The position numbers and the translations under genes are program-made. A DNA stretch of 64,000 nt from Verrucomicrobiota bacterium (GTDB lineage: Bacteria; Verrucomicrobiota; Verrucomicrobiia; Limisphaerales; J093). How positions within the stretch are numbered: the stretch's first letter is position 1; each line of letters starts with the position of its first letter. The notes under the pieces were generated by a model, which ran no database searches, was not told where the DNA came from, and was given only the letters and a program-made list of their open reading frames with translations. This document shows positions 19,950 through 30,500 of this stretch, piece by piece. The stretch is taken from NCBI GenBank assembly GCA_016871715.1, contig VHCO01000002.1, forward strand, positions 13,771 to 77,770, in the 5' to 3' direction.

Positions 19950-21809
19950 CTACGGCGCGTCGATCGGGGGCAACTGGGCGCGTTTGCCCGCCAGCCAGGC
20001 CGTCTGGTCCGGGAAGAGCCAGGCCTCGTCCAGGCGCTCGAGGTCCTGTCTGGCCCGATCGAACTGCTGCTGGTGCCAGTGGATCTCGAACCAGTTGAGG
20101 TAGTAGGAGGCGGCTTCGCGGTCCTTGAGTCGGTCGACGTCGAGTCGGCCGAGCAAGGCTGCGGCTTGGTCGAACTGGCGCGCCTGGGTCAAGGCGAGGC
20201 TATGGTTGATGCGGGCGGCGGTCGAGGTTGGACTCCGGGCGAGCAGTTGTTCGGTCAAGCGGGCGGCCTGCTCGGGGAACCGGCGGTTGACCAGCAGGGC
20301 TACGGCGTAGAGGTTCTTCGCGCGCGGGTCGGCGGGGAGCAATTCGAGGGCCTTAGCGGCGGTCTTGAGCAAGCGGGCTGCGTCTTGGCGCAGGCCATAG
20401 GCGATCTCGAACTGGGCCAGCCAGAATTGCGGCTCCGTGGTTAAGTTGGGTTCGTGGGTGGCGAGGATCTGTTTCGCCTCGGCCAGATAACCCATGCGCA
20501 GCAAGCGCACCGCCACGTCGAGGGCGAGCTCAGGATCGGGCCAGAGCGCAGTGGCGGCTTGCTGGAACTCGATCAGGGCCTGCTCGTAGTGGCCCATCCC
20601 GTACTCGGCCCGGCCCGCCATGTAGAAGCTGAAGCCGGTGAGGTAGCACCGGCCCTGATCCAGCGAACGCAGCCGCAACGCCAGCGGCCGCAACTGTGCC
20701 CAATCCCCGTTTTCGGCCAGCAGCTCCGTATAGAACGCCCACGACCGCGCCGCGCCTGGCAGGCCGGGAACGCCGAGGGTGAGGATTCGATCTCGCAGGA
20801 CGCGGAAGGCGGCGGGTTTAAGGCCCAAGAGGCTCAGGGCCTGGCTTAACCGCAACAGTTCGGTGCCCGTCTCCGGTGGTCGCAGGAAGTTCCGGGCGAG
20901 GTCCCGGGCTTCGTCGCTGCGCCCGACCGTACGCAACAGGAGCCAGAAGCCGATATGATCGGCCACGCGATCCTGGCCGAGGCGTTTGAGCCGAGCCAAG
21001 CTGACCTCGTATTCCTGGGGTTCGAGCAACTGGGCGTAAACCAAAAGCCGCAACCGGCTGGCCAGGACCCTGAAGCGGGGGTCTTTCTGGGCGGCAACGA
21101 GTTTGTCCATGCCGCTGCGCATCGTTTCGGGCGGGCCCCACCCGGCCACGTAGGCGGCGCGGAAAAGGGCCAACTCGCGGTCATGGCGCACCTGGTCGCG
21201 CACGCGTTCCCAGCGGGCGTCGAATTGGGACCACTGCCCCTCGCGGAAGAGGGCTTTGAGGTAGGTGGCTTCTTCAGTGGGCGTGAGCCACCCCTCGAGC
21301 GGTCCTAGGAGACTGAGGACACCTTCGCTGACCTCGAAGCGGTCACAGACCTGCGCGGCTAAGGCGACGTCCGCGCGGTTGGTGCCGGTTAGGGCGAGCA
21401 GGTAACGGGCGTGGAACAGGGTGAAGTTGGCGCCCTGGGCGGCGCTCAAGTCAGACTGGGCCAGGTGATGGAGGGCGCCCCGCAGCAGGTTGGGGTTGCC
21501 CAGGTTATTCACCACGGCGGCTTGCCAGGTCTTGGCCGCCTCGTCGTGTTTGCCCTGGGCCGCCAGGTTGGCCGCCGAGCGGCTCAGCGACCAGGCTTGG
21601 ACCATGTCGATGAGGCTGATCTTGACGGGCGGATTGAGATCGGGCGGGGTCGTCACCCACATCTTGGGGAAGCTCACGGCCAGAGCGAGCCCGAGCAACA
21701 GGAACAACCCCAGCACGCGGCGGAACCAGGGTTGGTGGATCAGCAGGTGGACCAGTAGCAGGTCCAACAGCCGATCGGCCAGCCTCAATCTGAACGGTTC
21801 GCTGGCCAT
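19950..21809 (-). CDS. Membrane-anchored tetratricopeptide-repeat (TPR-like) protein
   Basis: All-helical Ala/Leu-rich repeats after an N-terminal TM (VLGLFLLLGLALAVSF). Start reassigned to MASEPF (21809). Confidence 0.65.
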   Translation of the reverse strand: MASEPFRLRLADRLLDLLLVHLLIHQPWFRRVLGLFLLLGLALAVSFPKMWVTTPPDLNPPVKISLIDMVQAWSLSRSAANLAAQGKHDEAAKTWQAAVVNNLGNPNLLRGALHHLAQSDLSAAQGANFTLFHARYLLALTGTNRADVALAAQVCDRFEVSEGVLSLLGPLEGWLTPTEEATYLKALFREGQWSQFDARWERVRDQVRHDRELALFRAAYVAGWGPPETMRSGMDKLVAAQKDPRFRVLASRLRLLVYAQLLEPQEYEVSLARLKRLGQDRVADHIGFWLLLRTVGRSDEARDLARNFLRPPETGTELLRLSQALSLLGLKPAAFRVLRDRILTLGVPGLPGAARSWAFYTELLAENGDWAQLRPLALRLRSLDQGRCYLTGFSFYMAGRAEYGMGHYEQALIEFQQAATALWPDPELALDVAVRLLRMGYLAEAKQILATHEPNLTTEPQFWLAQFEIAYGLRQDAARLLKTAAKALELLPADPRAKNLYAVALLVNRRFPEQAARLTEQLLARSPTSTAARINHSLALTQARQFDQAAALLGRLDVDRLKDREAASYYLNWFEIHWHQQQFDRARQDLERLDEAWLFPDQTAWLAGKRAQLPPIDAP

Positions 21810-22053
21810 GCCGAGTCGGGCGGCGCCACGATCGACGGCATAGTCCGCCGGCACTCCGCCGCGCACTGACGCCAATCCGCCAGCACCGCATCCGTACCCC
21901 ATCGCGCCTGCCGCGTGCGCGCGCCGGTGAGGCAATAGGTGTGACCCGCCGGACGCGTTCGCAACCTCAGGCGAGCGTTGGAATCCACGCGGGCGGTCGC
22001 CACGGGCGCCGGGGGCGATGCCGGGGGCGGCGTTGGCCGGCCCGACGCCGGCG

Positions 22054-22071
22054 GTAGCCCGCCGGCGGGCT
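22054..22071. repeat. GTAG-type REP-like palindrome
   Basis: GTAG overlapping the perfect 16-bp palindrome AGCCCGCCGGCGGGCT (22056-22071), downstream of the GH28-like gene. Confidence 0.45.
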
Positions 22072-22121
22072 GATCTGGTCCGCTCATGTTACTACCTCCT
22101 TCGGCCGGTTGCGGGGCCGGC

Positions 22122-23564
22122 TTAAGGACTTTCTCCGCCGTCGCGGTCGACTCGGCCGACATTGGTCAGGACCAAGGGCTCGGTCACGCCCGGGACGCGC
22201 GTGAACTTGAAGCCGGAGAGATCGAGCCGCGCAACGCCGTCGGCCACCAGCACGGGCCGGAAATCCTCGCGGGCACAACGGAAACGGACATCCTCGAACA
22301 CGACCTGCCCGACGTGACGCGCATAGAAGCCCCAAGCCGGCAGCGGCCGGGGGTCGACCCCGGGTCCTTTGACCGGCGCGCGCCCCTGCTCCGCTTGGCC
22401 GCCGCCGGCGAACTCGATGGTGACATCGCGGAAGACGACGTTGGTCACGGGCGATTCGGCCCAACTCTCGACCGAGGCCGCCGCGCGGTAGACGCCCGTG
22501 GCGTCGAGCCGCGCGACCGTGACGCGGCCGGCGGTATTGCCGGGCTTGATCCAAAGGGTGACTGGCGCGGCCACGTTCCGCATCGTGACGTCCGAGATCA
22601 GCACGTCATCGAGCAGGCCTTGGGTGGCGTCCCAAGCGCCCGGTTGGAGGATGATGCCGGCGAGCATGTTGGTGCGCCGGGCCGGGCCCGAGGTGCGGTG
22701 CGGTTCCAGGCCCGGCCCGTAAAAGAGGCAGTCGTGCACGATGAGCCGGGTGGCGGGACCAATCAGCCTAATCCCGTTGCAGGACGAGTTGATCACGCAG
22801 TCGGCGATCAGCACCTGGTCCCAATACCGCCCCGCAATTGCGTCGTCGCCCGTATAAAACTGGCACCCGATGATCTTCACGTCCTGGCAATCGTGGCCGG
22901 GTGCGCCCCGGAAGTGGACGCCGTCCCAACCGCCGGCGAACCGCACTTGCCGCACCTCGACCTGATGGCTCACCAGGAAGAACAACGCGTAGTTCGCCGA
23001 GTCCACAATCGCGAGGTCGCGCAGGGTGACCCGTCGGCAGTTGACCAGCACAATGGTGTGGGGTCCGCGCATCCGCTCTTCGCCGGTCGGATCGAACACC
23101 TTGCCGCCATCGATGACGCCCGGACCGCCCAGGGTGATGTCCTGGACATTCTCGCCAACGATCAGGCCCCGGTGCCACTTGCCCCATTTGGCCTCGGGCA
23201 GGTAGGCCGGCGGCGTGGGGTGATGATACTCGGTCAGGTTGGTCGTGCCCACGAGGGTAGCGCCGGCCTCGAACCAGAGCGTGGTGCCACTGCGCAGGTG
23301 GACCGTGCCCGAAAGGTAACGACCTGGGGGAAACCGGACCTGCCCACCGCCGGCCGCGGCGCAGGTCTCAATCGCGCGGTTAATGGCGGCCGTATCCGAC
23401 GTGACCCCATCACCCACGGCCCCCAACTCGCGCAGATCAAAAACGCGGCTGGCAGCTACGGGGCGCGGGGCAGGATCGGCGGGCGACCCGGCAGGCAAGG
23501 CCGAGCCACAGGCCCACCAGACGGCAGCCAGCCAGAGCTGAAGGTTCAGGGTCTCAAGTTTCAT
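22122..23564 (-). CDS. Secreted glycoside hydrolase family 28-like / pectin-lyase-fold beta-helix protein
   Basis: Signal peptide at MKLETLNLQLWLAAVWW; GAVGDGVTSDTAAINRAI, PPGRYLSGTVHLRSG, DGVH and TGDDAIA. Confidence 0.8.
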   Translation of the reverse strand: MKLETLNLQLWLAAVWWACGSALPAGSPADPAPRPVAASRVFDLRELGAVGDGVTSDTAAINRAIETCAAAGGGQVRFPPGRYLSGTVHLRSGTTLWFEAGATLVGTTNLTEYHHPTPPAYLPEAKWGKWHRGLIVGENVQDITLGGPGVIDGGKVFDPTGEERMRGPHTIVLVNCRRVTLRDLAIVDSANYALFFLVSHQVEVRQVRFAGGWDGVHFRGAPGHDCQDVKIIGCQFYTGDDAIAGRYWDQVLIADCVINSSCNGIRLIGPATRLIVHDCLFYGPGLEPHRTSGPARRTNMLAGIILQPGAWDATQGLLDDVLISDVTMRNVAAPVTLWIKPGNTAGRVTVARLDATGVYRAAASVESWAESPVTNVVFRDVTIEFAGGGQAEQGRAPVKGPGVDPRPLPAWGFYARHVGQVVFEDVRFRCAREDFRPVLVADGVARLDLSGFKFTRVPGVTEPLVLTNVGRVDRDGGESP

Positions 23565-23619
23565 AATGTTCTCCGTCTGGTTCGAGGTGAGTGGTTCATT
23601 CCGCGCGTCTCGCCTGCCG

Positions 23620-26600
23620 TCACCGTTCGGCCGCCACACGCACTTCGGTCGCGCCCGGGTGGACTGGGGCGATGGTGGTCTTGCCACCGGGCCACCGCAC
23701 ATGCAACTGCGCGGGCTCTGCGGGCCGAGCCAGCACGGCGACCGCGCTGTCCTGCGACCAATAGCCTGAGCCGGCGCGCAGCTCCCGAGCGGGCCCAAGG
23801 CGGCCGCCGCTTTCGAGGCGGAGGATGGCCCCGAGGCCGAGGGGGTTCTCCGGCGGTCCCTCGAGGCGCACCCGCAGGCCGGGTTGCGCGTGCTGGTTGC
23901 GGTAAAGTTTCGTGGGCCAACCGTGTTGCGTCAGCGCAACGTCCACCCGGCCATCGGCGTCGAAATCGCAGAGCGCGCAGGCGCGTTGCTGGCCGGCAGC
24001 GCTCAGGCCGCTTTGCTTGGGTCTCAGGGCGACGAAGTTGCCGCGGCCATCGCCTCGCAGACAGAGCCCCACGCCGCCATCGTAGCGGGAGGTCTCCTGC
24101 TCGACGCTGAAGAAGTTCTGACTCAGCAACAGATCCTCGCAGCCGTCACCGTCGAAGTCGCCCACACCCAGCCCGAAGCCCGGGGCGAACTGAGCCTCGA
24201 CGGGCAGCGGCCGGACCTCGAACTGGTCGCCGCGGTTGAGCAGCAGCACGGAATCGAGTGTGACGGCCTCGAGTCGGCGCGCGTGGGCGAGGCGGTCGCC
24301 GAAGAGCTCGTCCACACTCGCCTCGCCGTAAGCCTGGAAGGTCGGGGCCGCCTCGACGAGGAACGGGAAGGCACGACCGACCGCTTCGTAGCTGCGCCAC
24401 GGCACCCATTTCTCGAGCTCGGGTTCAAAGTAAGCCTCGACCAGGTCGCCCCCACCGGCGCCCGTCAGATCTCCGTAGTAGATGCGCAGCGGGCGCGCCA
24501 GGTAACGCTCGAACCGGGTGTTCCGCCCCCAGTTCGAGGCCACCACGTCCAAGCGCCCGTCGCCGTCGAAGTCGCCCGTGGCGATGCCCTGCCACCATCC
24601 GGTCAGTTGATCCAAACGGGAAGCGGGAGGCAGGTGACGCGGGGGCCGAGACCAGACCAAGGGCGGGTTCCAGACACGGAACCGGCCTGCTTGGTTGCGC
24701 AGGACGCCCAGCCCACCCCATTCGCGGGCGAGCAACAATTCCGGCATACCGTCTCCGTCCAGGTCGCTGAAGGTCGCCCCGTTCACCAACCCGATCTTGG
24801 CCAAAACCCCCTCGTTCGCGGGGTCTGGTCCAAAAGAGGCGTCCCCGGCGTTGCGATAAAGCCGCGAGTCCACCGGCTCAGGGTAATACCCCGGCCGCAC
24901 GCGCCCGCCGACGAACAGGTCGAGGTCTCCGTCGCCATCCACGTCCGCCAACGCGAGCGGTCCTGGGCTGGCAGCGAGCGTGCCGGGAAGGTCGGAAACG
25001 AGCGCGCGGCGCAGGTCGATCAGCCGAGCCGCGGCGGGGTTGGTGCGTGGGGTAGCGTAGGTGCTCGAGCCCGCGATCAGCACTGGCCGATCCGCGCGGG
25101 CATAGAGGCCCAGGACGGTGGTCGTGTCCGTCAGAGTGGCGACGGCGGCGTTGGTGTCGCGGCGGAAGTTGCCCGCGCCGTCGTTGCGCCAGACCGAGAC
25201 GCTCCGCCCCCGGCCGCCGCCCAGGATGAGATCGTCCCAACCGTCGCCATTGGTATCGAACCAGGCCGCCCCCGGCCCCGCCGGGCTCAGCTTCCTCGAG
25301 AGCAGCCCTTGCCGGCCGAAGTCGTCGTAGGGTTCGTTGGCGTCGGCATGGTCGAGACGGTCGCTGACATCGGCGAACCACGGGCGAGGCACGGGCACAA
25401 CGGTTGGCGAGGTGGCTGGCGACGGACCGGCGGCGCCTGCCGGTTCGTCTACTTCATACAGTCGATTGGGCTGCGCCCGCTCGACGGCGCTCCGCTGGCC
25501 GCTGCGCCAGTGGACTTGGATGCGCAGCCCATCGGGGGCCGGTCCTGCCGCGAACATCCGCACGGTGTCGTCGCTCGATAGATAGCGGCCCCCGCACTGC
25601 ATCTCCTGGCTCTGCGGCACCGGCCCGCCTGCGACCTCGAGGCGGGCGCCGACGCCGCGGGTGTTGGGCGGCTGCCCTCGCAACCGCACGGCCAGGCGGG
25701 GCGCCACGCTTTCGTTCCGGAACAGCCCCGCTGCGCCGTTGAGCCGATTGACCACCAGGTCGAGGTCGCCGTCGCGGTCCAGATCCGCACAGGCCATGCC
25801 CTGCCACGGCCCCGGTTCGCTAAACCCCCAGTCGCCACTCCGCTCGGTAAAGGTCAAGTCGCCGTTGTTCCGGTACCCGAGGATGGGGGTGGCGAGGACG
25901 GGAAACTCGCGCCACTCGCGCAGGCGGTCGGCGAGGGTGTTGGGGCCGCGGCGACCGCGTTGGGCGCGGAGGACATCGGCATCTTGCACGTCGTGGTTGT
26001 TGCCGGTTGGGATGAGGAGGTCTTCGTAGCCGTCCAAGTCCACGTCCAGGAAGACGGCGCCCCACGACCACTCGGTACCGTCGACCCCGGCCAACTGGGC
26101 GATCTCGGCGTAGGTGCCGTCGCCGCGGTTGAGAAAGAGGGTGTTGTGCGCTACCTCCGGCCGCGCCTGGGGATCTTCGAGGGCTTGGTTGACCAAACCC
26201 TGCATAAGATTAGGCCGCTGGCGCTGGCGCCAACTGTGGCGCCGGCTCACCATGTCCGACACGAAGAAATCGTCGTGTCCATCCCGATCGATGTCGGCCA
26301 CGTCCAGCCCCATCGACGAAACCGAGATGCGGCGTTGGGCCAAGGCCGGTAAGGCCCGGAAGAAACGCGAACCGTGATTGAGCCAAAACCGGTCCCTCGA
26401 GTAGAAGAAGTCGTTGCAGACGTAAATATCTGGTGTCCCGTCCTGGTTGAAGTCCCGGAAGAAGACCGACAGTCCCCAGTCCAACGGGGGTTGGGGCATG
26501 GATTGGCCGCTCTCGTCCAGGAAGGAACCTGAGGTCCACGAGACCGGCGCAAACCGGCCGCGCCCGTCGTTCAGGTAGAGGAAATCACGCTCGCCCAACT

Positions 26601-27390
26601 CGATGACCTCGACGCCGCCGCTGTGCGGCACCACGGGGACGAAGCGGTCGGCCGGCGTGACCACGATTTTGCCATCCACCATGCGCGCCTCGGGCATTAC
26701 TCCCGGCGGGCGGTCGTTGTAGGTCGTCGTCCGGTAGTTGGTCACGTACAGGTCGAGGTCGCCGTCGGCGTCAATGTCGGCCAAGGCCAAGCTGGTGCTG
26801 CCGAACCGACGGACGAGTCGCGTCCCGGTCAACTCGACGAACCGGCCTTCGCCGTCGTTGAGGAACTGGCGCGTGCCCGCCCCCAGGGCGTTCACCAACA
26901 AGTCCAGGTCCCCGTCGCCGTCCACATCGGCGAAGGCGGCTCCGGTCGAGTACTGGTCGGGGCAAGCCACACCCGCCGCGGCGGTGATGTCTGCAAACCG
27001 CCAATCGCCCAGGTTCCGATACAGCACGTTGGCCCCCTCGAGTCGGCACAGGTACAGGTCGCACCAACCGTCGCCGTCGACATCTCCCAGCGCAACTCCC
27101 GAACCGTTCTCGAGAATCCGATTCACTGCCGAACTGAGCTCGGCGAGGTGATTGGTAAACGTCACTCCCGTCCGCTCCGGCGGCAGCGACCTGAAGCCCG
27201 CGCGGCCCGTCGCCGGCAGCGGCAGTTCGGCCCACCGATAGCCGGCGCCCTCCTGCCAGGCGAGCGGCGCAGGCACGGCCGCATCGGCCAGCACGACCGT
27301 GGCCCAGCCGATCGTCAGGGTCAGGGCCAGGCTCACCGACGCGCCGCCACGGCGTGGCGCCGCGAGGGTCTGTGGTTGGACGTTGGGCAT
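23620..27390 (-). CDS. FG-GAP/VCBS-repeat protein with two ASPIC/UnbV domains (CRTAC1-like)
   Basis: Many DxDGDGxxD Ca-binding repeats in two blocks, each ending in an ASPIC/UnbV-like segment (GVGARLEV...GGRYLSSD; GLGAILRL...GSGYWSQD). Start likely MPNVQP (27390). Confidence 0.85.
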   Translation of the reverse strand: MPNVQPQTLAAPRRGGASVSLALTLTIGWATVVLADAAVPAPLAWQEGAGYRWAELPLPATGRAGFRSLPPERTGVTFTNHLAELSSAVNRILENGSGVALGDVDGDGWCDLYLCRLEGANVLYRNLGDWRFADITAAAGVACPDQYSTGAAFADVDGDGDLDLLVNALGAGTRQFLNDGEGRFVELTGTRLVRRFGSTSLALADIDADGDLDLYVTNYRTTTYNDRPPGVMPEARMVDGKIVVTPADRFVPVVPHSGGVEVIELGERDFLYLNDGRGRFAPVSWTSGSFLDESGQSMPQPPLDWGLSVFFRDFNQDGTPDIYVCNDFFYSRDRFWLNHGSRFFRALPALAQRRISVSSMGLDVADIDRDGHDDFFVSDMVSRRHSWRQRQRPNLMQGLVNQALEDPQARPEVAHNTLFLNRGDGTYAEIAQLAGVDGTEWSWGAVFLDVDLDGYEDLLIPTGNNHDVQDADVLRAQRGRRGPNTLADRLREWREFPVLATPILGYRNNGDLTFTERSGDWGFSEPGPWQGMACADLDRDGDLDLVVNRLNGAAGLFRNESVAPRLAVRLRGQPPNTRGVGARLEVAGGPVPQSQEMQCGGRYLSSDDTVRMFAAGPAPDGLRIQVHWRSGQRSAVERAQPNRLYEVDEPAGAAGPSPATSPTVVPVPRPWFADVSDRLDHADANEPYDDFGRQGLLSRKLSPAGPGAAWFDTNGDGWDDLILGGGRGRSVSVWRNDGAGNFRRDTNAAVATLTDTTTVLGLYARADRPVLIAGSSTYATPRTNPAAARLIDLRRALVSDLPGTLAASPGPLALADVDGDGDLDLFVGGRVRPGYYPEPVDSRLYRNAGDASFGPDPANEGVLAKIGLVNGATFSDLDGDGMPELLLAREWGGLGVLRNQAGRFRVWNPPLVWSRPPRHLPPASRLDQLTGWWQGIATGDFDGDGRLDVVASNWGRNTRFERYLARPLRIYYGDLTGAGGGDLVEAYFEPELEKWVPWRSYEAVGRAFPFLVEAAPTFQAYGEASVDELFGDRLAHARRLEAVTLDSVLLLNRGDQFEVRPLPVEAQFAPGFGLGVGDFDGDGCEDLLLSQNFFSVEQETSRYDGGVGLCLRGDGRGNFVALRPKQSGLSAAGQQRACALCDFDADGRVDVALTQHGWPTKLYRNQHAQPGLRVRLEGPPENPLGLGAILRLESGGRLGPARELRAGSGYWSQDSAVAVLARPAEPAQLHVRWPGGKTTIAPVHPGATEVRVAAER

Positions 27391-27506
27391 CGGCGGGCTC
27401 CACGCTAATGAACCGCGCCCGGTCAGGCCAATCAAAACCAGGCCGGCTCGAGCGTTGCCCCGGAACAAATCGACAAGGGCGGTGTCCAATCCCACAAGAA
27501 CACACC

Positions 27507-30500
27507 ATGAAGAACTCCATGACTCCGCTGCGGAGTCGGTTGCCCTACCACTTGGCGTGGGCGGCCGCTTGGGCCTTGGCCGCCGCCGGCCACACCCAAA
27601 CCCTGTTGAACGTCGATTTCGGCGCCGGCACCGCCAGTCCCAAAGCGGGGTTCGCCGCCACCGGCCAGTCTACGAACGACCTGTGGAACGCCTACAGCCA
27701 TTACCAACCCCGCTTCCAACCGGGCATGGCCCTCGTCGCCGATGGCCGCCTCGAGGGCCTACGGCTTGCCGACGGCAGTGCCACGCCGGTTGTCCTCGCG
27801 CTGACCAACGCCCCGGGGGTGTGGGGGAACGCGACGGGAGACGCCATGCTCGACAGCTACGTGTTCGCGCCCAACGGCTCGAACATTGTGGTCCAACTCA
27901 CCGGGCTCGACCCGGGCCGATACCACTTCTACCTCTATGGCTGGGCGGCCGCCGATGCCGCCCGCGAACAAGCCTCGACCTTCCTGCTCCGCACCGGGAC
28001 GAACGTCTTCGGGCCTTACCCGGCCTCCGGCGCGGCCGGTTGGCGGGCCATCGAGCCCTGGCGCGAAGGCGCCCAGTTTGTCGTCTGTCGGGACGTGCTG
28101 GTCGAGCCCGGGGCGGTCGTGGTGATCGACGTGCTGCCGGGGCCAGGGGGCGTGGCGGTCTTGAACGGGCTGCAAATCCTCTCGCGCGGGACGGGACCGC
28201 CGCGGCGCATCGGTCCGGTGCCCGCCGCGGGCGAGACCTTCACGAACCTCCTGTTCCGCTCGATTCGCTATACCGGCCAGGTGGCTCAGGACAGCGCGCG
28301 CTTCGCCGTCTGCCTCGAGGCGGAGTCGCGCTCGACGAACCAACTTGCAGCGCCGGTTTTCCAGGGTGATTTGGCGTTGCTGGATCCGAAGTTGCCCGCA
28401 GGCTGGCGGATGGTGAAGGAGGGCCGCCAATTCGTCCTGCACGCCACTGAGCCTGGCCGTCACCAACTCGAGTTCGAGCTGATCGCCCAGGTCCAACGCG
28501 AGGAACCGTGGCGCGTGCTGCGGTTCACGGGACCGCCCGCCGCCATCGCCACCGTGACGGTTCGCCCCGCCCAACCGAACCTCGAGGTCCAGTTGGTCAG
28601 CGGCACCCCGCGGCCCGGCCCCGCCACCGAGCCGGGCGTTATCCACGGCGTGTTGGGGGCCGACCGCGAGCTGGGGTTGCGCTGGCAGAGCAAGACCGCC
28701 GAAGCCACACGCGAGGCGCTCGTGACGGCGGACGCGCAGGCGCTGGCGCTGGTGAGTCCCGCCGCGCTCCGCTACACCGTCGAGCTGCGTTATGAGGTGC
28801 TGCAGGCGCCTCTGGCTCAGGTGCGCCTGGGCCTGCCCACGCAACAGACCATCACCAAGCTCGCCGGTGACCAGGTCAAGGACTGGCGAGTCACGACCGA
28901 GCCGGGCGGTCCGGTCTTGGTGGTCGACTTCCTCCGGCCGATCGAGGGAGCGACGGGGTTGACGTTGGCGACCGAGCAGCCCTTGCCGAGCCTGCCTGGA
29001 GCGGTCGAGTTGGTCTTGCCGCAACCGCTCGGCGTGCAGCGGGAGACCGGGGTGTTGCGCGTGCAAACCGAGGACCTCGTTGCCCGGGTCGAGGAGGCCA
29101 CGGGCTTGCGCCAAGTCAACGCCCAAGCCCAGGAGTTCGCCGTCTTCCGCTTCAGCAGCCGGCCCGTGGCGCTGCGGTTGCGCCTGGCGCGCATCGAGCC
29201 GGTCGTCAGCGTGGCCGCCCGGGTCCGAGCGCACCTCGAAGAGAACCGGCTGCGGGTAACCCACGACCTCGCGCTCGAGGTGAGTCGGGCCGGCATTTAC
29301 GGGTTGGACCTCACGCCCCCGACCGGGTTTCTGGTGGCGGAAGTTAGCGGGGAAGGGCTCGAGGACTGGGCCCTGAGCGAAGGGCGGCTGCGGCTCAGCT
29401 TTGCGAAACGTCTCTTGGGCGCAGGCAAGGTGTCCGTGCAACTCGAGCAGTCCTTACCGGCACTCCCCCCCGAACTCGTGCTCGCGCCCCTGGCGGTGGC
29501 GGGCGCCAGCCGGCAGTCCGCGTTCATCGGCGCCGGGTCCGCCCCTGGGTTGCAGCTCAAGACCGCCGACGTGCTGGGCGCGCGCGAGATCCCGGTGAAC
29601 GGCTTGCCGGACCCGCGCGAGGAGCTCTTGGCTTTTCGGGCCGAGACGGGCGAGTGGCGGGTGGGGTTGGCGGCGGAGCGCTTGACCGCGCGGGTGGTGG
29701 CGGAGGTGTTCAACCTGATCACGATCGGTGACGGTTTGGTGGGTGGGAGCGCCACGATTCGCTTTGGCATCGTGAACCAAGGGGTGCAGCAATTCCGCGT
29801 GCGGTTGCCGAGGCACTGGCGGAACGTCGAGTTCACGGGCCCGAACATCCGGCGCAGAGATCAGCAGGAAGATCTCTGGACCATCGGCCTGCAGGACAAG
29901 GCCTGGGGTGGTTACACCCTCGTGATCACGTACGACTACACCTTCGACCCGCAACAGGCCACCCTCGATGCCGCCGGCGCCCATCCCCTGGACGTCGAGC
30001 GCGAGGCCGGCACCGTAGCCGTCACCAGCGCCGCTAACCTCGCCCTGGAACCCGGGCCCATCGCTGACCCACTGCGCCCGCTCGACCCCACCGAACTGGC
30101 CGCCACAGACCGGGCCCTGATCGCCCGGCCGGTCTTGCTGGCCTACCGCTATGATGGGCCGGCGTTTGGCCTGAGCCTGCGGCTGACCCGGCACGAGGAA
30201 TTGCCCGTGCTGGATGCGGTGGCCGATCGCGCCCAGTTGACCAGTGTCCTGACCGGCCGCGGCGAGGTCCTCACCCAAGCCGGGTTCATGGTGAAGAACA
30301 ACGACCGCCAATACCAACGATTCGAGTTGCCCGGCGACGCCACCCTCTGGGGTGTGCTGGTCGATGGCCAACCGGTCAAGGCCGACCGCGACGGCCCCTG
30401 GGTGTTGGTCGCACTGCCGCGGGGCGAGAATCGCGATCGCGTTTTCGCCATCGACCTCAAGTACGCGCAGCAAATCGGCGCGCTGGGCCGGCTGTGGCCC

